NCBI GenBank assembly: GCA_016204995.1
Contig: JACQJR010000001.1
Coordinates: forward strand, 539,034 to 603,033
Origin: Candidatus Microgenomates bacterium
Lineage (GTDB): Bacteria > Patescibacteriota > Microgenomatia > UBA8517 > JACQJR01
Length of the DNA: 64,000 bases
Direction of reading: 5' to 3'
Positions 28,213 through 36,927 of the stretch are shown piece after piece. Under the pieces are notes generated by a model, which was not told the DNA's origin, did no database searches, and saw only the letters and a program-made list of their open reading frames with translations. Position 1 is the stretch's first letter; the number at the start of each line of letters is the position of its first letter. The translations under genes and the position numbers were made by a program.

Positions 28213-28278
28213 AAATTGATTAATCGCAAGCGAAGCGAGTCCGCCTCTGACGGACTGCGATATAAAGGATTTATATTA

Positions 28279-29127
28279 ATGTCAGAGATTGGTTTTATCG
28301 GTTATGGCATCGTCGGTCAAGCCACAGGCAAGGGGTTGGCTCGCGGCGGCCACACTATTTATTCTTTTGATAAATACCGCGCTCATTCTCATTCTTTGGA
28401 AGAGGTAATAGATAAAAGTGAGTTTATTTTTATCTGCGTGCCCACCCCCATGTATCACGACCACTCGGGGATTGATTCTTCTATCGTAGATGCAGTAGTG
28501 GATGCCGTTGCTCCCCAGGTGGCCGGTACCAAGAAAGTTTTGATTATTAAGTCTACGGTTTTACCAGGTACTACGGCTCGTTATGCCAAAATTTATCCCA
28601 AAACTAATTTTGCCATGGTGCCGGAGTTTTTAACCGAGGCCAAACCGGAGTGGGATTTTCTCCATCCCTATCGGACGATTATCGGAGCCTTAGATAAAAA
28701 GATAGCTAATCGTCTGAAAAAATTACACACCTCGGCTTTGCCAGCCCAAACGCCTTTTTTTATGACCGATCCGACCAGTGCGGAGCTAGCCAAATACATG
28801 AGTAATGTCATGTTAGCTAGTAAAGTAATGTTAGCCAATGAGTTTTACGCCTTGGCCAAAGTCTTAAAGTCTAATTATGACCAAGTGCAGAAAATGGTAA
28901 CAGCTGATCCTCGGATCGGCACTCATTTAAAAGTACCAGGGCCGGATGGCGATTTAGGTTTTGGCGGCAAGTGTTTCCCCAAGGATATTGTGGCCCTACT
29001 TGGTTTGGGGAGGGAATTAAAAGTTGATCTTTCAGTTATGGAGACAATCTGGCGCAAAAACTTAAAAATTCGCAAAAATCACGATTGGAAAGAGATTAAA
29101 GGAGCAGTGACTAAGAAATTGACCTAA
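28279..29127 (+). CDS. UDP-glucose/GDP-mannose dehydrogenase family protein (lacks the C-terminal domain)
   Basis: GFIGYGIVG, ICVPTP, IKSTV, PEFL and GFGGKCFPKD motifs; start moved out of the tRNA. Confidence 0.88.
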   Translation: MSEIGFIGYGIVGQATGKGLARGGHTIYSFDKYRAHSHSLEEVIDKSEFIFICVPTPMYHDHSGIDSSIVDAVVDAVAPQVAGTKKVLIIKSTVLPGTTARYAKIYPKTNFAMVPEFLTEAKPEWDFLHPYRTIIGALDKKIANRLKKLHTSALPAQTPFFMTDPTSAELAKYMSNVMLASKVMLANEFYALAKVLKSNYDQVQKMVTADPRIGTHLKVPGPDGDLGFGGKCFPKDIVALLGLGRELKVDLSVMETIWRKNLKIRKNHDWKEIKGAVTKKLT

Positions 29128-29190
29128 TTATTCTAATTAACCTAATTGACCTAAAATTTTAGAAATTAGAGCAATTAGAAATTAGAAATT
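29117..29190. repeat. 9/7-bp-period inverted array (CTAATT / AATTAG); supplies the upstream stop codon
   Basis: aattgacct aattattct aattaacct aattgacct ... aattagagc aattaga aattaga. Confidence 0.8.
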
Positions 29191-29196
29191 TCTCTC

Positions 29197-30045
29197 TTAG
29201 AGTTCTTCCAGCTGATTAGTTTTACCTTTGGCCGGTTCTTTAATCAGAGAAAGATAACGTTCAGTGGTAGACAATCTTTTGTGACCGACAATTTTAGAGA
29301 GAGTGACTAAATCTACTCCACGGGTCAGTTGATGGACAATAAAAGTATTTCTGATATCGTTGACGGTAGCGTCTTCAACACCAGCTTCCACAAAGCAGCG
29401 TTCAATGGTAGAGCGGATGTTGCGGATTAGTAAGGGCCGGCCGGTTTTGGTGATAAAGAGATGTTTGGAATTTTGAGAGCCGCGAGTTTTTAAATAATTA
29501 TCAATGGTGGTTTTAAGATTGGAATGTAAGGGCAAAGTTCGATCTCCCACTTTAATTCCCCTTGGGGTGATGTCATCCAAAGTTAAGGCGGCCAATTCGC
29601 TGATTCTCATACCGGTTTGCAGCAAAATTTCCACAATGGCGGCAGTTCGGGGATCGCTTCTGGCTGCATCGCGTAAGGCTCGGTATTCTAAAACGGATAA
29701 AACGCGCGGTGCAGGCATTTGGTATTTAGGATGAGCTACCGAAAAAGCCGGGTCGCTGCCAATAAGTGATTTTTGTCTTAACCAGCGGAAAAAGCCCTTG
29801 ATGGCGTTAAGCTTGCGGGCCACGGATTTAGGGGTGTATTTTTTTTCAGCCAACTCGGTTAAAAATGACTCCAAATCAATGGCTAAAACGCTGTTGGCTT
29901 CGGTTTTACCCAGGCGGGCTAAAAATTCCGTCAGCTGCTCCAAATCCTTTTTGTAGGCTATAATAGTAGAGTCAGATTTCTTTGTCTCGCGCAGATAGGC
30001 AATAAAATCAAGCACCAAATCAGCTAGTAGAGTACTGTTTGCCAT
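29197..30045 (-). CDS. XerC/D-like tyrosine recombinase
   Basis: SAM-like N-domain; TGMRISE; NDIR in place of HxxR; GHKRLSTTERY. Confidence 0.88.
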   Translation of the reverse strand: MANSTLLADLVLDFIAYLRETKKSDSTIIAYKKDLEQLTEFLARLGKTEANSVLAIDLESFLTELAEKKYTPKSVARKLNAIKGFFRWLRQKSLIGSDPAFSVAHPKYQMPAPRVLSVLEYRALRDAARSDPRTAAIVEILLQTGMRISELAALTLDDITPRGIKVGDRTLPLHSNLKTTIDNYLKTRGSQNSKHLFITKTGRPLLIRNIRSTIERCFVEAGVEDATVNDIRNTFIVHQLTRGVDLVTLSKIVGHKRLSTTERYLSLIKEPAKGKTNQLEEL

Positions 30046-30077
30046 AAACCTATATAATATATACTATAGCATAATTT

Positions 30078-30437
30078 ATGAAATTAGTCAAACTAGCCGT
30101 AATTATAGTCAGTTTGGTGATTTCAGTGAGCCTGGTGCGGAGTATCGTAACTGTCCTGGGGGTGAAAGATCGTCTCCGCCAGGCCCAAGAAGAAGTAGCC
30201 AGCTTACAGAAAAAACAGGCCGATCTTGAGGCCAGACTCGTGGAAGCGACCAGTAGTACTACGATTGAGAAGGTGTTGCGGGATAAATTGGGTTTGGCCA
30301 AAAGTAATGAATATGTGGTAGTTTTACCTGATAATCCGGAATTATTAAGGAATTTGAGCCCGGAATTAAATAAAGAAGAGATTGAATCCGAGCCTGTTTT
30401 ACCTACTTGGCAGAAGTGGCTCGTGCTATTTTTTTAA
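30078..30437 (+). CDS. septum formation initiator family (FtsB/DivIC-like)
   Basis: TM, coiled coil, then IEKVLRDKLGLAKSNE. Confidence 0.8.
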   Translation: MKLVKLAVIIVSLVISVSLVRSIVTVLGVKDRLRQAQEEVASLQKKQADLEARLVEATSSTTIEKVLRDKLGLAKSNEYVVVLPDNPELLRNLSPELNKEEIESEPVLPTWQKWLVLFF

Positions 30438-30491
30438 CTACTCAATTTACTTCTTGACAAACAATTCATACACATGATAATATGTATGTGT

Positions 30492-30758
30492 ATGTTAACT
30501 AAAAGAACTAACATTTTATTTGACCAAGAATTATGGAAGAAGCTTATTTCTCTTGCTGAGAAACGTAGTATTTCCATCGGCGAACTTGTAAGGACAGCCG
30601 TCAGAAAACAATATTTAAATGATATTGCTGAAGAGCAAAGGAAAGAGGCAATAGTAGGAATTAAAGCATTCAGAGAAAAATATGGAAAAACCGCAGGGGG
30701 AGGGGAAGATAGCGCTTTAATTATAAGAAGAATGCGTGATAGTCGGTATGGGAAATAA
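30492..30758 (+). CDS. ribbon-helix-helix antitoxin
   Basis: KRTNILFD...SIGELVRTAV; promoter TTGACA with a catacaca/tgtgtatg IR. Confidence 0.8.
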   Translation: MLTKRTNILFDQELWKKLISLAEKRSISIGELVRTAVRKQYLNDIAEEQRKEAIVGIKAFREKYGKTAGGGEDSALIIRRMRDSRYGK

Positions 30759-31155
30759 AATCCTTGACACATCGGTTATCGCTAAATGGTTTTGTGAGGA
30801 AGAGGGAAGTGATCGAGCGCAGAAATATTTAGATGAGTTTGGTCAAGGTAAGTATGGAATAACTGTTCCCACGCTTCTTTTTTACGAAATTGGGAATATG
30901 CTGCTTAATAAAAAAATAGAAACAATAAGGGTAAGTGAAATTATGAGTCGTTTGCAGAATGTAAGTTTCAATATTGTTGATATTGGTTATGAAGCCTTTA
31001 GAAAAATATTTCAAAACGCACAGGAATTAAGTATTACCTTTTATGATGCTGCCTACGTTACTTTAATGCAAAAGGAAGACGCGGAATTTATCACTGCTGA
31101 TAGGAAACTTTATGAGAAATTGCATCGTAAATTCTCTGCCGTCACGCTTCTGTAA
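30748..31155 (+). CDS. VapC PIN toxin
   Basis: ILDTSVIAKW, FYDAAY and ITADRKL motifs. Confidence 0.88.
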   Translation: MGNKILDTSVIAKWFCEEEGSDRAQKYLDEFGQGKYGITVPTLLFYEIGNMLLNKKIETIRVSEIMSRLQNVSFNIVDIGYEAFRKIFQNAQELSITFYDAAYVTLMQKEDAEFITADRKLYEKLHRKFSAVTLL

Positions 31156-31188
31156 AGTTGTTAAAGGATTTAGGGTATTTGCGAATAG

Positions 31189-31761
31189 TCATTTCTGAAA
31201 AATTAAAGCAAGTACACTTATGACCAACGTAAGTGTTACAGCGATACCAATTGAGATCAAAGTTAAATAACCAAATCGTTTACTAATAGAGATTGTGTTT
31301 CTTAGATACTCTTTAGCTGTTCCTTTCCTTCCATGTTGTTTTATCTTTAATCCGACAGTTTGTATTCCTAGATATAACCCATATATTACCAAACAAATTA
31401 AGATTAGATAACTTAAAAACTCACCTATCGGATTTTTCCAGAACATGTCAAACGATTCTTTAAAGAAAAATATCCATATTAAAAGAGGTATGCTTAATAT
31501 AACCAGTGTGGCTTGTCCCCAATATTCATATGATTCTTCATCTCCACCATCTCTTAATTTATTAAGAAGTTTCATTTCTAATAGGATTAAAAATCCTAAA
31601 CCTATGATGCCACCAAGTAGTTTACCTGGAGTTAATGAAGCAAAGGGAGTATCAAGAAAATCCTTAACACCAGGATAAAGAAACAGTAATAAAATTAGTA
31701 TTGGTTGCCCAAATTTGCCTACTTTAATATATAATTTTCGGTCAAATTCATTATCTTTCAT
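31189..31761 (-). CDS. hypothetical multi-pass membrane protein
   Basis: 190-aa AT-rich ORF with about 5 TMs. Confidence 0.6.
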   Translation of the reverse strand: MKDNEFDRKLYIKVGKFGQPILILLLFLYPGVKDFLDTPFASLTPGKLLGGIIGLGFLILLEMKLLNKLRDGGDEESYEYWGQATLVILSIPLLIWIFFFKESFDMFWKNPIGEFLSYLILICLVIYGLYLGIQTVGLKIKQHGRKGTAKEYLRNTISISKRFGYLTLISIGIAVTLTLVISVLALIFQK

Positions 31762-31898
31762 AAATCTTTTACAAATATTATTACAACAATAATTAATTGT
31801 ATCCTCAATATTTGACCATAGTCAAGAAATAAGTCATGGTAATAATTCACTTATAATTATCACTATTTTATTCTAAAAGAATTTTATATTGCTGCTTA

Positions 31899-32003
31899 TT
31901 AGTCCTCTACGTCAATTGCCACCCCGCCTTCATTAATTTCTTCTTCACTAATATCAACAACAGTATTTTCTGTATTTTCGATAGGATTTCCTTCTAAATT
32001 CAT
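31899..32003 (-). CDS. 34-aa acidic small protein (not in ORF track)
   Basis: strong SD gaaaggtggtg; MNLEGNPIENTENTVVDISEEEINEGGVAIDVED. Confidence 0.5.
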   Translation of the reverse strand: MNLEGNPIENTENTVVDISEEEINEGGVAIDVED

Positions 32004-32024
32004 ATTTTTTCACCACCTTTCACG

Positions 32025-32054
32025 AAAAAGGGGAACAATATTGTTCCCCTTTTT
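32025..32054. terminator. perfect 30-bp palindrome; probable terminator downstream of the minus-strand tRNA
   Basis: aaaaaggggaacaat/attgttccccttttt. Confidence 0.7.
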
Positions 32055-32062
32055 ATCTTATG

Positions 32063-32132
32063 TTGCGGGGCCAGGAGTCGCGCCTGGCCTGGAAGATTAT
32101 GAGCCTTCCGTGCAACTCTACACTACCCCGCA
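32063..32132 (-). tRNA. non-canonical tRNA with CAU anticodon (Met; initiator-like acceptor stem)
   Basis: tgcgggg-ta-gtgt-agagtt-gcac-g-gaagg-ctCATaa-tcttc-cagg-ccagg-cgcgact-cctgg-ccccgca-a; all four stems pair. Confidence 0.75.
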
Positions 32133-32196
32133 TGTACCTGAACATTATACCCTTTGAACTTTACAGAGTCAACATTTTTAGTTATAATTTGTAAGG

Positions 32197-32463
32197 GTGT
32201 TTGAGTACACGATACACGCTAGAAATAAATTTAGACGTAAGAAAATTAGAGAATTGAGGATTAAGGCCAAGATTGTAGAAAATGTAGTTATTAAACCGGA
32301 CGTAATAGATGAAGATAGATATCCCAGAATTGCGGTAGCAGCTATAAGTAAGAATTTGTCTTTAGTGGTAGTTTTCAGAGAAGTAGAAAAAGGGTGTAGA
32401 ATTATTACCTTTTTTCCAGCAGAAAGGGGTCGTTATGAAAGTAAAATATTACAAGAAGGATGA
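32197..32463 (+). CDS. DUF4258/BrnT-like putative toxin
   Basis: YTIHARNK...LVVVF...RIITFF pattern; overlaps its DUF2283 partner. Confidence 0.7.
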   Translation: MFEYTIHARNKFRRKKIRELRIKAKIVENVVIKPDVIDEDRYPRIAVAAISKNLSLVVVFREVEKGCRIITFFPAERGRYESKILQEG

Positions 32464-32635
32464 TTTATTGGTAATTGAACTTTCCAGAAAGCCTTTTGAT
32501 GATGCGGAAATGGAAGGGGATTTTATTGTGCATTACTCCAAGGATAAGGAGCCAGTATCTATAGAAGTTTTAAACGCCAGTAAATTTCTCAAGGCTACCA
32601 GCAAAGCAGTGGGAACAAAACAATTAACTGTTTGA
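32435..32635 (+). CDS. DUF2283 family protein (putative antitoxin)
   Basis: MKVKYYKKDDLLVIEL...IEVLNASK. Confidence 0.75.
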   Translation: MKVKYYKKDDLLVIELSRKPFDDAEMEGDFIVHYSKDKEPVSIEVLNASKFLKATSKAVGTKQLTV

Positions 32636-32642
32636 GGTGTAT

Positions 32643-32716
32643 GCCAGGGTAGCTCAGTTGGTTAGAGCACCGGATTCATAAACCGGCGATCGTGGGTTCG
32701 ACCCCCACCCCTGGTA
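32643..32716 (+). tRNA. tRNA-Met(CAU), elongator-like
   Basis: gccaggg...ccgga-ttCATaa-accgg...gtggg-ttcgacc-cccac-ccctggt-a; CCA not encoded. Confidence 0.88.
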
Positions 32717-32722
32717 CTAAAT

Positions 32723-32941
32723 ATGTGTGTGGAAATAAATTCGGACATCAACTGCGACCGGACCATCCTGGAAAGAGCCAAGAACGAACATAATAAAACT
32801 GCCGCCGGTTGCGTCTTACGCATCAAACCATCGGCCGGGAATGAGACAGGGCTGGTAGCAGAGGCGGCGCGTCATCACAGGGCGGCTCAATATATTGAAA
32901 AGGAGCTAGAGCCAGTTCATAAATTGGTGAGGGAACAGTAG
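32723..32941 (+). CDS. hypothetical protein
   Basis: 72-aa ORF only. Confidence 0.35.
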   Translation: MCVEINSDINCDRTILERAKNEHNKTAAGCVLRIKPSAGNETGLVAEAARHHRAAQYIEKELEPVHKLVREQ

Positions 32942-33010
32942 ATTTTTCTTGACAGTAAGCGCTTAATTGAGCATTGACAATGCGTACGCAAAAGCGTACA
33001 CTTATTCTGT

Positions 33011-33319
33011 ATGAATACAGTTTCCGCAACTACTGCTAGGGCTAATCTTTATGATTTAATTGACGAGGTGGCCTCGGGTAAACGCGTGGGAATCACCAAT
33101 AAGGGTGAGACTAAGGCTATTCTAGTTAGTCAAGAGGAATGGAATGCTATGATAGTTACTCTTGAGACTTTGTCTGATCCGGAACTCATGGAGCAAATAA
33201 AGGAAAGTAAAAAAGATATCAAAGCAGGAAGAGTTCATAATTGGGAAGATGTCAAAAAAGAGTTTAGTTTAGAGGATGTATCAGATAAAACTGTCAAATC
33301 GCGCAAAAAAAGAGCTTAA
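33011..33319 (+). CDS. Phd/YefM antitoxin
   Basis: VSATTARANLYDLIDEV..ITNKG; tgcgtacgca palindrome in the promoter. Confidence 0.88.
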   Translation: MNTVSATTARANLYDLIDEVASGKRVGITNKGETKAILVSQEEWNAMIVTLETLSDPELMEQIKESKKDIKAGRVHNWEDVKKEFSLEDVSDKTVKSRKKRA

Positions 33320-33530
33320 AAAACTGGCTTTAAATTATAAATCTAAAGTTACAAGAATAATAGATTTACTTAGCGAAAATCCTTTCCTAGGAGAAAAAAT
33401 GAGCGGTGAATTTAAAGGATGGTATAGTATTAAAATACCGCCGATTAGAATTATTTACACCACTGATTTTCAGAACAAGATAATCATAATTAGGGCTATT
33501 GGTCATCGGGGTGATATTTACAAAAACTGA
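33276..33530 (+). CDS. RelE/ParE toxin
   Basis: AKKELKKL..NPFLG..RIIY..IGHRGDIY. Confidence 0.88.
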   Translation: MYQIKLSNRAKKELKKLALNYKSKVTRIIDLLSENPFLGEKMSGEFKGWYSIKIPPIRIIYTTDFQNKIIIIRAIGHRGDIYKN

Positions 33531-33538
33531 AAGTCAAC

Positions 33539-33729
33539 TTGACAAGGAAAATTTTTATTTGTATACTAAATTCATAGTTATGAATAGTTGCTTAAATTCT
33601 AAATGGTTTCGGCATTATGTCGCCTAACAGGCGGGTTTTGTCGTGGCAGTTAGAAGGCAACAAATAATAAGAAAAAACTAAAAACTAATAAAAAAGACAA
33701 GATCCGCCACAAACTGGGCGGATTTTTTT
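33539..33729 (+). promoter_or_regulatory. promoter, Trp leader peptide and attenuator upstream of trpS
   Basis: TTGACA-17-TATACT; leader 33580-33627 MNSCLNSKWFRHYVA; antiterminator 33630-42 with 33696-708; terminator 33702-08 with 33717-23, then a T run to 33729. Confidence 0.75.
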
Positions 33730-33945
33730 ATGGAGATAGAAACATTTATTAATAAAGAGGTTTTGTTTTACCGCTCTTTAGCAGAGGATAAAGAGTTTTG
33801 TTGCAGCGGCTGTGGGAGTAAAGCATATAGGGTGATATTAAGTGCGGAAATTCCTGTAGATGGTAGACAAATCTTGCCAGAAGATTTAGAGATAATGAGA
33901 TTATGTAATATTTGTATTATGAATTCTAAAGAGGAGGTAATATAA
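33730..33945 (+). CDS. small Cys-pair (Zn-ribbon-like) hypothetical protein
   Basis: CSGC...CNIC; TAATG coupling to trpS. Confidence 0.55.
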   Translation: MEIETFINKEVLFYRSLAEDKEFCCSGCGSKAYRVILSAEIPVDGRQILPEDLEIMRLCNICIMNSKEEVI

Positions 33946-34937
33946 TGAAACAAATGAACAGGCGAGTGTTATCGGGAATTCGCGCTACGGGCAGACTACA
34001 CCTGGGAAATTATCTGGGAGCGGTCAAGGGGATGTTGGCTTTACAGGCGGATCCTAATTATGAAACTTTTTACATGGTAGCTGATTTGCATACTATTACT
34101 ACCCCTTACGACCCTAAAATACTAAAAGAAAATGTCCGGGAAGTGATTTTGGATTATTTGGCAGCCGGTCTTGATCCGCAAAAGAGCGTTATTTTTATTC
34201 AGTCGCAAGTACCCCAACACACAGAATTGGGGTATCTTTTTTCCACTCTGGTAACTGTCGCCCGGATGCAGCATTTGCCAACTTTTAAGGAAAAAGTAAA
34301 GCAGCATCCAGAAAATGTGACTATGGCTCTTTTAAATTACCCGGTGTTGATGGCGGCTGATATTTTAATGTATAAAGCGAGCCTGGTGCCGGTGGGGATT
34401 GACCAGGAGCCGCATCTGGAAATTGCCCGGGAAATTGCTAGCAAGATCAACTCGCGATTTGGTTTAGCTTTTCCCGAACCCCAGCGTTTTGCCACCAGTG
34501 GCGAATACGTGCCGTCTTTAACTGGCGAAGGTAAAATGAGCAAAAGCGTAGAAGGAAGTAACATTGGTTTAAGTGATGATTTAGCAGCAATCCGCGAAAA
34601 ATTAGCCAAAGTGCCGACTGATTCTGGCAGTGGCAACCAGGTGCCTACCGAAGGCGGAGTGGCTACTTTATTAACTTTAGTAGAACTATTTGAGGGAAAG
34701 GAAAAAACAGAACAATATCGGAAGCAGTATCAAACAGAAGGCATCAAATATCAAGATTTAAAGAATGAGTTGGCAGAGGCGATTTATCAAGAACTTAAGC
34801 CAATTCAAGAGAGGCGATTAGAATTTGAAAACAAACCAGAAATGGTGGATAAGATTATTGAAGAAGGCAACGAAAAAGCCAGGCAGGAAGCCCAAAAAAC
34901 TCTCTCCGAAGTTAAACAGGCTATGGGTTTAATCTAG
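33945..34937 (+). CDS. trpS: tryptophan--tRNA ligase
   Basis: HLGN (HIGH), YPVLMAADI, VPVGIDQ and KMSKS motifs. Confidence 0.96.
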   Translation: MKQMNRRVLSGIRATGRLHLGNYLGAVKGMLALQADPNYETFYMVADLHTITTPYDPKILKENVREVILDYLAAGLDPQKSVIFIQSQVPQHTELGYLFSTLVTVARMQHLPTFKEKVKQHPENVTMALLNYPVLMAADILMYKASLVPVGIDQEPHLEIAREIASKINSRFGLAFPEPQRFATSGEYVPSLTGEGKMSKSVEGSNIGLSDDLAAIREKLAKVPTDSGSGNQVPTEGGVATLLTLVELFEGKEKTEQYRKQYQTEGIKYQDLKNELAEAIYQELKPIQERRLEFENKPEMVDKIIEEGNEKARQEAQKTLSEVKQAMGLI

Positions 34938-34979
34938 CCATTTTCTTTTTCTGCCCTTTTTTGCTATAATTTCCCAGTT

Positions 34980-36893
34980 ATGAAACCGAGACTTCCTAAA
35001 GCTAAAGGCTCGCCTCGCGCCAACGGCGACGCAAGGCGCGGCGAAGCGGGCAAGAAATTTGAGTTGAAGATGCATTTAAATATGCGTAATGTTTTAATTG
35101 CTCTCTTGATTATTTTCTTCATCGGCCCATTTCTGTTTTCTTTAAGTGGCCGCCGGCCGGCAGAAGAAGTGGCGCTATCGGCGGCTATTTCTGACATCAA
35201 AGACAAAAAGGTCAGTGATGTTAAAGTTGATCAGGATCGGATTTTATTAACCTATAAAGATGGCAAGATGAAAACTGCCTTTAAAGAGCAGAATGCCTCT
35301 TTTGCGGAGCTTCTCAAAAATGCCGGTTTAGAACCCAACGCTGTTTCTTACAGTATTGTTGACCAAAGTTTATCCAAAGTGTGGCTGGATATTGCTGGCA
35401 TTGCTTTGCCCTTGGCTTTAATGGCCTTATTTTTCTTTTTTATTTTCCGCCAAGCCAGGGGGGCGCAAGATACTCTTTTTACCTTTGGTCAATCACGGGC
35501 CAAAATTTTTGCCAAAGGTAAACAATCAACTACTTTTAAAGATGTGGCCGGAGTGGATGAAGCTAAAAAAGAGCTGGAAGAAATAGTAGATTTTTTGAAA
35601 AATCCCGGCAAATATCGGACGATGGGAGCTCGGACGCCCAAGGGAGCGCTACTGGTGGGACCGGCTGGCGTTGGTAAAACTTTGCTAGCAAGGGCCGTAG
35701 CGGGAGAAGCAGGCGTACCTTATTTTTCTATCGCCGGTTCCGAATTTATGGAGATGCTGGTAGGGGTGGGTGCTTCCAGAGTGCGTGATTTATTTAACCA
35801 GGCCAAGAAATCCTCGCCGGCCATTATTTTTATTGACGAAATTGATGCTATTGGCCGTCAGCGCGGTTTTGGCATGGCCGGCGGGCACGACGAGCGGGAG
35901 CAAACTTTAAATCAGATTTTGGTAGAAATGGATGGTTTTACGCCCAGCGATAACGTGGTAGTTTTAGCAGCCACCAATCGGGGTGATTTGTTAGATCCGG
36001 CCTTGTTGCGGCCCGGCCGTTTTGACAGAAGAGTAGTTTTAGATATGCCGGATAAAGAAGGAAGGCTGGCTATTCTGCATATTCATGCCCGGGGCAAAAA
36101 ATTTGGCGAGAACATTAATTGGGGTCGGGTGGCGGAAAGAACCGTCGGATTTAGCGGCGCGGATTTAGAAAATATGCTTAATGAGTCTGCCATTTTAGCC
36201 GCCCGCGATAACAAGAAGGAAATTAGCATGCTAGACATTGAAGAGGCGGCTACTAAAGTGAAGCTGGGACCGGCCAAGAAGCGGCTGCAAAGCGAGGAAG
36301 ATAAAAGAATTACGGCCTACCATGAAGCCGGGCATGGTATTGTAACTCACAAGCTGCCCCACATGGATCCGGTCCATCGGATTTCTATCGTGGCCCGCGG
36401 CATGAGTCTGGGCCATACTTTGATTCCGCCGGCGGCTGATCGGTCACACGAAACCAAGAGTCATTTAATTGAGCAAATTACAGCCATGCTCGGAGGTCGG
36501 GCGGCGGAAGAGTTGATCTTTAATGAGATGACCACTGGTGCATCAAATGATATTGAAGCCGCCACTCGCTTGGCCCGCCACATGGTCATTGACTTTGGGA
36601 TGAGTGAGTTAGGCCCAATTGATTTGGGGCCACAGGTTGATTATGGAGAGTTTGGCCGCTCTTGGGTAGAGCCGACCCAAGTTTCTCAATCCATGCAAGA
36701 GAGAATTGATAGTGAAACCAAAAAAATTATTGATTTAAGTTATAAAAATGCCAAGTTAATTCTGGCTAAAAGTAAAAAAACGCTGGATAAAGTTGCTCAG
36801 GCTTTATTAGTTCGCGAAACCCTGGAAAGGGATGATTTTGAAAAATTAGTCGGAGCCAAAACTCAAGTTTTACCTGCTTTTATCAAAGCTTAA
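34980..36893 (+). CDS. ftsH: ATP-dependent zinc metalloprotease FtsH
   Basis: 2 TMs; [19 protein letters not shown] and HEAGH motifs. Confidence 0.96.
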   Translation: MKPRLPKAKGSPRANGDARRGEAGKKFELKMHLNMRNVLIALLIIFFIGPFLFSLSGRRPAEEVALSAAISDIKDKKVSDVKVDQDRILLTYKDGKMKTAFKEQNASFAELLKNAGLEPNAVSYSIVDQSLSKVWLDIAGIALPLALMALFFFFIFRQARGAQDTLFTFGQSRAKIFAKGKQSTTFKDVAGVDEAKKELEEIVDFLKNPGKYRTMGARTPKGALLVGPAGVGKTLLARAVAGEAGVPYFSIAGSEFMEMLVGVGASRVRDLFNQAKKSSPAIIFIDEIDAIGRQRGFGMAGGHDEREQTLNQILVEMDGFTPSDNVVVLAATNRGDLLDPALLRPGRFDRRVVLDMPDKEGRLAILHIHARGKKFGENINWGRVAERTVGFSGADLENMLNESAILAARDNKKEISMLDIEEAATKVKLGPAKKRLQSEEDKRITAYHEAGHGIVTHKLPHMDPVHRISIVARGMSLGHTLIPPAADRSHETKSHLIEQITAMLGGRAAEELIFNEMTTGASNDIEAATRLARHMVIDFGMSELGPIDLGPQVDYGEFGRSWVEPTQVSQSMQERIDSETKKIIDLSYKNAKLILAKSKKTLDKVAQALLVRETLERDDFEKLVGAKTQVLPAFIKA

Positions 36894-36927
36894 TGTGTCT
36901 TCGCCGTACGCATGCTACAATTACTTC

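Noticed and set aside
28180-28278. N-terminal extension of the UDP-sugar dehydrogenase ORF
   Set aside because: It overlaps the tRNA and a palindrome; the Rossmann motif begins right after ATG 28279.
24423-30045. Conjugative element or prophage built on the VirB4-like ATPase and tyrosine recombinase
   Set aside because: No relaxase, other T4SS or phage genes, and no att pair found; the neighbours look like housekeeping genes.
33580-33729. T-box riboswitch upstream of trpS
   Set aside because: No TGGNACC antiterminator bulge or stem I is visible; the leader-peptide model fits better.
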